From the IMG/VR virus record IMGVR_UViG_3300030090_005675, positions 1-32,726 of that record: 32,726 nucleotides of DNA; one strand, 5' to 3'. The notes below the pieces were generated by a model, which was not told the DNA's origin, made no database searches, and was given only the letters and a program-made list of their open reading frames with translations. How positions within the stretch are numbered: position 1 is the first letter of the stretch; every line of letters starts with the position of its first letter. This stretch comes from a virus (lineage: Duplodnaviria > Caudoviricetes). Below, in pieces: positions 1 to 10,100 of the stretch. The position numbers and the translations under genes are program-made.

Positions 1-2
1 CA

Positions 3-1178
3 GTAGCCTCGGTGCAAGATGCGCCTGACGGCTCAGCAGGAGCCGTCATTCTCGCAATGGCAGGTCAAGCCCCTGACCCTACAACCGAAGATCCCGGCGA
101 CACTTTACCTGCGCCCCGCCTGAACTACCCGGCTCACATTGCCCGAGAGACGAATGCGACGCGGAGAGCCGAGCTCGAAATCGAACACTTGTCTGGCCTG
201 CTCGCCACTAACTTGACCCGTACTATGGCTGTACAGCTTCAAATTCGAGAAAACTTGGCTATCGTAAACGACACTACGGAAAAGGTAGAAGCAACTCATA
301 CAGGTCTGACAAGAGGGCTTGCGTTGTCTGCCGATGACCGGCCCGCAGGAAACCTGCCCGCAAATGTACAGACAGGCAACGTGTACGATATAGGGGCTCT
401 GGGGATCACCGAAGAGAGCAGTCCAAACCTGCTAAGAGTCATTACTGAGAATGGCGGACTGTCTCACAATGACCCATATAACGACCCTATCGTGCAGGCT
501 CGTGACAGGCTTCAACGAGAGTTTAATCTAATCCGGGACCGTAACCCTCAAGTAGACGCCGAAGACTACACTGCTATGGTCGACTACTATCTGGCCTGTA
601 TAAGAGAAAACGAGTCGGTTTATTTAGACCCGACGATTGCGTACAGGATCTTGGAAGACACACCTGTAGAAGCTCGCGTAGAGCGTGTTGGAAGTTACAG
701 CCTTACTGACAGAGAGACGGTCCGTGTATCGGACACAACGCGATATCGTTATATCCCCGTAACTCGGAGAGCTGACGAGAGTGATTCTGAGTATCGAGGT
801 AGAGTGTTTGAAGCTCAAAATAGCGGTGAGGTATTTGTCGCGGCCTACCACTTCGAGAATTGGGGCGGCATGTTTGGTGGCGCCTTCAATGATCTTGAGC
901 CCTACGATCGAGACATACTTATCGCAGCCGCGGAAGCATACGATGAAGCCATCGCACGCAGGCAACCTTATTGGCAAGCAGCTAACACTGACGTAAGGGC
1001 TCATGGGGACAGAGCGTCAGGGCCGAGGCGGGCGCTATACGGGAACCGTCGCGGTAGAATCCGGGGCGGTGATCTAACCCGATATGACGCATCTTCCCTT
1101 TATGGTCAGCTGGCTGTGTTAAACTTCGCCTATGCACGCCTGCTTACAGGTACAGGTGACTTGCCTCCGACGGATTAG
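3..1178 (+). CDS. Hypothetical protein, probably virion-associated; 5'-truncated
   Basis: The frame of the 12..1178 ORF has no stop back to position 3, so the true start lies upstream of the window. It ends 3 nt before the giant gene. No family motif recognised. Confidence 0.6.
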   Translation, partial: VASVQDAPDGSAGAVILAMAGQAPDPTTEDPGDTLPAPRLNYPAHIARETNATRRAELEIEHLSGLLATNLTRTMAVQLQIRENLAIVNDTTEKVEATHTGLTRGLALSADDRPAGNLPANVQTGNVYDIGALGITEESSPNLLRVITENGGLSHNDPYNDPIVQARDRLQREFNLIRDRNPQVDAEDYTAMVDYYLACIRENESVYLDPTIAYRILEDTPVEARVERVGSYSLTDRETVRVSDTTRYRYIPVTRRADESDSEYRGRVFEAQNSGEVFVAAYHFENWGGMFGGAFNDLEPYDRDILIAAAEAYDEAIARRQPYWQAANTDVRAHGDRASGPRRALYGNRRGRIRGGDLTRYDASSLYGQLAVLNFAYARLLTGTGDLPPTD

Positions 1179-1181
1179 ACC

Positions 1182-4100
1182 ATGCCAGAAACGGTTACCG
1201 AGAGTACGCCCACACTTGATGAGTTGCTTCGTCAGGGTCAAATGATCGACCCGTCGGTAGAAGGCGGGCTTCGACCGATGACAGAGGAAGAGCTTGCAGC
1301 TCGACCTTCATATATCACGCAACCCCCTGGAAGTGGCGAGACTGAGTTAACGACAGATATATCTGAAGCGCGTCGGTCGCTACCCACTGAGGGTCCCGGT
1401 AGTCTCAACTACTACATAGAAAACATTAGACGGGCGCGCCCTGAGTTCACAGACGCGCAAGTCCAAGAGCGTGCGTCAGCTGCAGCTGCAGCCTACATGC
1501 GCCAGGCGCCTGACCCAGACAGGGAGCGTTTCGCGCAAGAGATGACTCTGCTCGAGTCAGCTGAAGCCATCGACTTAAACGAGTTCGCAAGGCGCTTAGG
1601 TTCACTCTCGAGTGACGTGCCCGTGTCGCAGATCTTGAGTGACATGGCAGAAGAACGCGGTATGTCGCCCGACCAGTACATCGCTATTGGTCAGCAAGCT
1701 GGGTACAACTTCGAAGGTATGGCTCGAGACATTCGAGAGCGAGGGATGAACCCCAACGCGGTTGTCCGTCTATCTTCTGTCCGCGGTGAGCCGGGCTTCT
1801 CCGTAAACGCCGAGGTAGCCGCACAACGTACCGAAGGTGCCCGACGAGTCAGAGAGACTCGTGAAGCCATAGAGTCAGGTGATGTCGAAACCTTGATGGA
1901 GTTGGATGACCCTCGAGTCGAAGTCGTCAGTAGCTCAAATAGAACGGCTCGGTCTGTTCACCCAGACTCTTTTGCTTTCGATGAATTAGACCGCTACGTT
2001 ACTCAGCTTCTGGTTAATCCCGAGATGAACTTGGTTTATCAGAACGCGTCGTTTTTGACAGGCTCAAACGCGATGCAGCGCTACGCTGATGATGCCGTTG
2101 AAGTTTACCTGAACCGATTTGGTCTGAGTCCTGACGATCGGCTGTACGGCCAAGCCCGCGAGTACTTCTACAAACGGGCGATAGATGACGCTGCGGCTAT
2201 TGTAGCCGTTGGGCGGTGGCCTGGAAGTACCATACTTACTGACGATTTGATGAATCGTATATTTGGTACGGCAGAAGATGTTCAGCTCGGAGACTCCGGT
2301 TTATTCATTCCAGGCGAGGTTCGAGGTCTCGTACCCGAGGCATTAGGAGGCGCGTCCTCCCGTATGCAGATTGTCGGTATGTCTGCTGACGGATTCCCGT
2401 TGATGGCACCTGTTGAGAATTACATCGCCTTCGGTGAGATGGTTGATAAGCCAGGTAGCTACTTTGCGGGTATTGCTCGAGGAGCGATCGAAGGTGACAT
2501 CACAGACTTCGCTTCGTTCTCAGAGGCAGGTCTTCGCGGTATGGGAAGCTCCGACAACTTGATGAACGTCGGGCTGGACTATATTGGTGACAACCCAGAT
2601 TTAGGTACCGCTGCGCAAGCCTCGATCTATATCGCGGGTACCGCCGGTTATGTCCTATCGCCCGACACACTGACAGTCGTCGGCGGTATCTTAGGTAAAG
2701 GCGTTAGGACAGCCTACCGAGGCGTAAAACTCGCACCTGTTAGAGAAGTCAACAGACTCACCGAACAGGCTGCGCGAGCTCGTCTTGCGGGTAATTTCGA
2801 AGAAGCTACACGTATTGAGTCCGAACTTAGGCGTGTGTCGGGTCGAGGGACGGAAGCCAACTTGGCCGGTCAGATTGACGCGGATGATGCTCGAATCGCA
2901 CAGCGGTTCAATCAACGTGGTGTCGAAGGCGCTGAAGACATCATGGGTCAGGGAGCCGACGAGATTGATGAGATTCTCGTAATGGACGACCCCGTACACC
3001 GGCACGCGTCTGCACGACGTCAGGCGCTTACAGATCCCGAAACGGGTGAAATGCGCGGTGGTTTCGAGGGTCTACTTAATCCTCAGAGGGCGCTGGACGC
3101 ACTTGACGAACTGGCTCGTAAATACGAGTCGGGCCGACTGACTCCTGAGGGAGCGCGTGCTTTACGGGCAGTCGAAGAAGACATCGCAAATTTGGCAGTT
3201 GATTTAGAGAAGCTGGGTATAACGGACCCGTATCAGCAAAGACTCATAGAAGATCTACTGCGCACCCAGCTGAGCCGTAACCCCAACAACGTAGATGGAA
3301 TCGTCAACTCTATCGATGAGTTGGTTCGAGGATTTCCCGAGGGAGCCGACGACGCAGTTGAAGGTTTAGCCGATTGGGCTCGAGGTATTGCCCAAAGGGG
3401 CTCTGATGCGACTGAAGGCGCACCTTCCTTGGATCAAGTGTTCGACGCGATCGAGCGTGCAAGGACAGCTGTTCGAACGAACAACGAGATCCGCGCTGTG
3501 GCCATGGGGTACCACACTGACTACACCAACGGTTTGCTGGGCAACAAGCGCACAGGCATCGACTTAGCTGCTGAAGGCGCGCGCCAGGTACCCGAGGTCC
3601 ATCCTCTGCGACCTATGACACCTCAAGGTATCGATTTCTTTGATCGACTGAGAATGGCAGGTGTCGCAGAAGATACAGCACTTGATAATGCACGTGTTCT
3701 GGACGAGCTGGTGCGCACACTTGCCAGTCGGCAGGGTAGAGATGCGAGCGGTCTTTGGGAGTTACTTGGTGGTGTAGAAGTTCGCCGGCTTGCGGGCATG
3801 GCCGATGAGGCCGAGGTTGCAGCGGTGGTACGTGCTGTTGAGGACGCACCCACTCCCTCTGCCGCAAGACCAACTCCTGAGACACCCGCCCAACCTGCAG
3901 GGCGTCGATATATTGGCGACAAAGGACCACTGACTCCTGAAGCAAGTGCCAAACTGGACGATTTAAGAGCGAGGCGGGCAGCAGCCACAGGTGAAAAGGC
4001 GCAACGACTACAAGCTGAGATTGACGAAATCATCGGGCCTGTGCCTGACCGACCCGCACCAGCGCCTGCAGCAGCACGTCAATATATTAGTGACGAGGGG

Positions 4101-7100
4101 CCGCTGTCGCCCGAAGTCAGCGCCAGACTGGACGATTTAAGATCTCGACGAGCGACGGCAGAAGGCGCTAAGGCTGAGCGGATACAGGCTGAGATTGATG
4201 AGATCATCGGCTCTCGAGCACCCGCTCCGGCACGCCCGACACCACCGGCACCGGCGGCGAGGCCGGCACGCCCAGCACGCTTAGGGGATGTTGCCCCCGG
4301 ACCACGCCCGGCTCGACCTTTAGTTCCGACAGAGACGCCTTCAGCCTCTCCTTTCGGTGCTCCGCAGCGAATCACGCTTGATCCTATGACCCGAGTTTTG
4401 AGGGACATTCGAGCCCAACAAGCGGATCTTGTGCAAGAGTACCGTCAAGTTATACCCGCCAGAGGTGCGCGTCAGTCGATTCGAGAAGCCGGGGTGCCGT
4501 CCCGTAGTGACGTAGAGAAGCTATCGCCTGAATTACGCAGAAGTGTGTTTGGGACAGACGATGTTGACGAGGCGCTCGAGAGAGCCCAGACATTCTTAGA
4601 TCTCGACAAAGGTGCGCGAGAGCTACAAGGAACAGTTAACGCTCTGATAAGGCTTCAAGATGAACCTACTGTAGCTATCCGTGATCTGGCAGGCGGTCCA
4701 CTACCAAGCACCGCGGATGAAGCGCAACAAGAGATAGCGTCGCTGGTTGACGAACTTAGCCGCCTTGAGGGACCTGAAGGCAGCCGCATGGAGATATTCG
4801 GTCGAAATGCGCAAGTCGAAGTGATTCGGGCGCGCATTCGGCAAATCGAAGACGAGGTGTTGGCTGTAGCTGACGAGATGCAGCCTATGCGGGGGGCGCT
4901 CCCAGAACCAAAACCTTCAGGTGTGCCAGGGGTAACTGTTAGAGAACTCGAGGAGATCATTGAAGGATTTGAGGATGGGCGTGCTGCAGCGAGATATCTC
5001 GCAGGCTCAGCCGATAGTCCTGCCGCCCGACTGGTCGCCGCAAGGATCGAACCTCACTTAGATAATGTTCAAATCAGGGTGGTCAAGCCAGGCGACCCCC
5101 TACCCGTGAACTACGGGAATGAAACACTCGGCGCAATTCTTAGGCCGGGTCAATTTTCGGCGGTCAAGCAAGCTTACGGTGTAAGTGACGAAGCAGAACT
5201 AATCTTACTGACATCTGCTCAATTAAACGCGAGGTACGCAGGAACTAATGTAGAGACGCTCCTACACGAGTTAGTCCACTCGGCTACGGTAAATCGACTC
5301 GTAGAAGGTATCACCACAGCAGACTCAAGATTTAATAAAGTCCGGCAACTAAATAGAGTCCGAAATGTCGATCAAACCCGACCACTGCGTAGGTCTCCTT
5401 TGCCCAGAGCCCGTATGCTGGGCGACGACGTATCTGACTTATCTCGGGCTGCAATCGAACTTGAAGATCTGGCAACTGGTCCTGTGGCCACAGCACTGCG
5501 GGAATACCACTTAGCTTTAGAGCCTGGAGGGCTCAAGCTGGGTCAAGACCCCTGGAATGTCTATGAATTAGTCTCATACGCCTTGACCAACAAGCCGTTT
5601 CAAGACTTCCTGGCAGGGATCAAGATAGCGGGAACGAACGAGACGATTCTCGGTCGATTTACCCAAATCGTTATGCGGCTTCTCGGTTTTTCCCCTAATG
5701 AGAGGACCGCTCTCAGCGAAGTCATACGGCTCACGGATAATCTACTTAATGCAGAGTCAAAGGCCCTGACAGGCAGAACAGCGGCGGATACTCTCATATT
5801 TGCTAAGGGAGCAGATGATGTCGCGCCGGCTACGGTAGATGAAGTTGCCGCGGTTGCAGCTCCTGTACTTTCTCCGACTCAAGTGCAGAATCGTGTCCAT
5901 CTGGCTCTTCAGCGTAACTTAGAAGTTCTCGAGGCCCGTCTCGCGTCAACAACGCAGACTGTGAATAAAGAGCAAGCTGCGATTGAGGCATTGGTTCCGC
6001 AGAAGTCCATACGCGCCGAGATCTTGAGCCAGGCTAACCGAGGCATTGATCCGTCAGACATGCGAGTCAGATCACGCGCGAGCGATGACGGTCGAGTGCT
6101 GGCTGAACGAGCCTTGACTGAACCTGAGCTTGAAGTCGCGGGTAGGGCAAGAGCGCACACCAGTAACAAGAGGCAAGTTACCGAGCTCAGGCAAGGCGTA
6201 GACGAAGAGCGCGGAGTCATTGCTTTCTTGCAAAGCACAGTGTCGCCGCGAAGAGCCGAGATCGCGGAAGAACTGGGTGAAGAGGTCGCGCAAGAAGCTG
6301 CCGATCTACAAGCTGTCGTGAAACGTCGAGATGCTGTACAGCGACGCATCGATGCCGACGAAGCAGAATTACCGGGCAGCGCAACAGACCTTGACCGGGA
6401 ACTTCTACGTAGCTTGGATCGAGACATCAGCGTTCTTCGAGCCGGTCAGATGAGCGGCCCGGAACTTGATCAACTCAAGAAGTATCGTGACTTCCTGCAG
6501 AAGCAGGTTGATGACGGAGTCGAAGGAGCCGACGAGACCGAAGTAGCTGTCTTGTCTCAGTTAATCGACCGTGTCGAAGGTCAGACTGCACGTAGAGCGC
6601 AGGCTAAGCCGCTGCCCCGAACAGAGTTGCAGCAAGCCCGGTCAGAGTACGCTGAATCGGCAGACGCTCTGACGGCAGCGAAGAACGCTGAAAAGGAAAT
6701 TGACGACGCGATTCATGTCTTGGGCGATGAGATCGGTGCTGCTCGCGCCAGAGTCACACCTGAGCCCCTACCACCTGCAGTGCAAGCGCGAGTCGACGAA
6801 CTCGACGACTTAATCAATAAGATGGAAGAGACCATGGATCTCGGGCAGGAAGTCTCGCCCGACGGTACCATCTTCACACCACGATTCCCCGGACGTCAGG
6901 TAGGTCCGACACGTGCCCGCGACTACAGCAGAGGCGGGACTCCGATAGCGGATGATCCTGACTACGGGTTTGAAGCCTGGGCTGATCACCAGCGACTTAG
7001 ATACGCAAGACTGCAGCAAGAGCGAGCCAACTTAGTAAGACCTCGAAACCTGGCCACGGACTCGGCTCAAGCAAAGCAACAGGCGGCTATCGCAACTACG

Positions 7101-10100
7101 ATGCGGGTACAGTACGATCAGGCAACAGATCTCGCCATAGCCGGAGAGGACTTTCGGGCAGCGGTGCTGAGATTAAGAACCGTTCTTCCCGCGTACCACC
7201 CAGGCGATACCGCGTACGGAGGTGTTGTCCAGACCTTGCTGAAGCGCGTAGACGACGGTGAAATCACCAACATAGACGAGCTTCGACAAGCCGCGGCGAG
7301 AGCCCGAAGTCAATTTGTCAACAACCACCCCGAAGGTCCTGCTGTCGCCGTGAGAGAGATTACGGATGGTGAAGCAAAAGCGATGGAAGTCATTCGTAAC
7401 GATACAGCCCAGGCAAACGCTTTAGCCCGAACATTAGACGACCCTCTCGAGCGTCTCAACAGACACGGAGTCGACGCGCCAGAGCACCCCCAACACGCGG
7501 AGTTCGCCAGCTTTGTCGAATCCAAGAGAAAGGCAGCGACGCGAACCGACGAGGCTTTCCTTCGATTCGACGCGGCTGAAGAATCTCTCGATACAGCCAG
7601 AAAAAATGTGATGGATTACGGCGCGAGAGCCACTGAGCCCGCTGAGATCGAAGAAGCCGCTGTTGTGTTGAGTCCTGGGCCGCCTCGTCCAAGCAGCATG
7701 AACGCCACTAACCTTCAGTTCTACGAAGACGGTAAGGCTATTCTATACCTCTTCGTAACCGAGGGTGACCCCGGCAGGCTCGTACAGGAGCTGGGTAAAA
7801 TCGTAACTCGAATGCTCGGTCCTGAAGACATGGATCAGGTCGTTGCCTGGCTGGGTAAGCGAGGTGTCAACATCACGCACCGGAACGGTCGATTCATCGG
7901 AGACGCAGCCACTGTCGCCAGGGCAGAAGATTACTTCGGAGATGCATTAGAGAGATACATCCGAACAGGCGCGAACACAGATTCACGTATGACTCGTATC
8001 TTCACTACGGCTCGAGACGCCATCGGCAACGTATATAGAGCCGTCACTGGAAATGGTATTAAGACTACCCCCGAGATCGACCGCTTCTTCTCAAATGTAC
8101 TACCCAAGGTCGCTGGGTCAGACGGAATTGCCCCGGTCACACGTAATGCGATACTCAAGCAAGTCTTCGACGAAGACCAAGAGATGGGTCAAGTCAGTGC
8201 GATAGGACTAATCGAAGCAGAAGCGCAACGACTCGGTATGACTTTCAACAAAGAAGCGACGCTTCGCGCCATGGATGATCTGTTTAAGACTGCGTCGGCC
8301 GACAATCCGATCGGACAGAATATCGTGGTGTTGCTTCCTTCACCCATTCGATTCCCAGAACTTGCAGTACTAAGCCCGAAGTTTGCGCAGCCCAAAACTA
8401 CGTTTACGCTACAAGAAATCGCGCAGTTAGACCAAGCACTCAAGACCAACCGTATGGCGCTTCAACATAGTCGAAACATGGCTGTGTCTTTCCGTGGGCG
8501 TAAGGCCATACTCGAGGGAAGAGAACTAACACCTGACAAGATGATCGATGAGATCTTCTCTCGTTACGATGAGATGGGTACAGGACAGAGAATTCTGTTT
8601 GGCGGGCCTTTTGGTAGAGTGTCCAAGGCAGTAGCCATCGGCGGTGACGTTGATAAGGGCATGCGTGCATTGACGCCTTACGCTCGTGGCTTGATTCGCG
8701 CCGGCGACCGAAGCATCAAACAGACTTTAGGTGACCTGGGACGAATCGTATATGAGGGTTCAAGGACTAATCAAAGAGGTCGGATCTACTCTTTTCTGGG
8801 CGGAGAGCCCATGGCGTTTACTCGGGGAGGACGTAAGGCTCTGTCCAGCGGCGAAGACTTTATGGATGCGACACGCGACAACATCCGCATGGTGTTCGAA
8901 GCTATCGAACCTAAGATCAAGTCGACACTCATACGCTACCTCGAAGATGCTCGAAGAGCCTATGATGAAGGCGGCTTGACTGCCGTAGGTGAGATGTTTG
9001 CCGGTCGTGGGCCTTACGCACTGAATCGAGCTCAAGCAGACGATGCGAGAAGGCTCATAAACCAGCTGACCGCAAGAGAAGGGTTTCAGTCGACCAACAT
9101 GATGTCCATGTTTCGCAACGCTCTCGAGATCGCTGAGCAGCCGGTCAAAGGTCAATCGGGGCGCATGATCTTAAACGACCCCAATAAGATGGCGTTGTTC
9201 TTGGAGTCGATTGCTTACGCAGGCGGCCAGACTCGACGCGGACCCCTAAAGACAGCGGCTACTTTTGCAGGATCATCTACTGATCGAGCCAAGACTTTGG
9301 TCGAAGACTTTCGGGATGTGCTGTTTCTTGGTGCCGACCCTGCCAAGCTACCGAATGAGATTTCTCAGCTCTATGAAGTTGCGACAAACTCATTTGCTAC
9401 AGTTATCGGTGCCGTAGGGGCGGGCAGAAACGTCAAGCTCAGATGGGTCGGTCAAGGTATCGCAGTACCTATCGATGTATATGATGGGTTGCGTCGTATG
9501 ATGATGGGGTTGCCGGTAGACCCGAAAAAGCACTCCGCACTGTTCGCCATGTCGCAGCGACTCGGCACAAACATCGAAATGCTGGCCGATGACTTTGTGC
9601 AAGGACGCGTAACAGTAAAGACAGAAGACGGGGTCAGTCAACTTCGAATGCAAGACACGGGTTTTGTTCTTCCTGCAATGGCTCGACAGAGACTTGCCGC
9701 TGCAATGAAGATTGCAAAGCCTGATCCTCGAAGACTGATAAATCCCACACTCTTTGGCGGATCTGACGCACACCCAGGCGGTGTCGAAGAGATCTTCGCG
9801 TTTCTACATAACCAGTACAAGATCCAGCTAATCCGTGGTCGAGGCATGTTGAAGCAAGGCTACTTCACCATGAACACCATGGACAACGTAGTCCAAACGG
9901 CCGCAGTTACAAACAGGAAGGGATTCCGCTTAGCCATAGCGAATTTACCTCGAGTGCTTTTGCAGAACATCATGACGATACCCGGTGCGGGACCGCTCTT
10001 TGGGCTCGCCGAGTCTACAGCACTCGTTACGGCTGCAAGCGCCACATTTGCGATCGAGAAGGCGACAGCGGCAGCCGCTCGTTTTGGTATTGGGCCGGGA

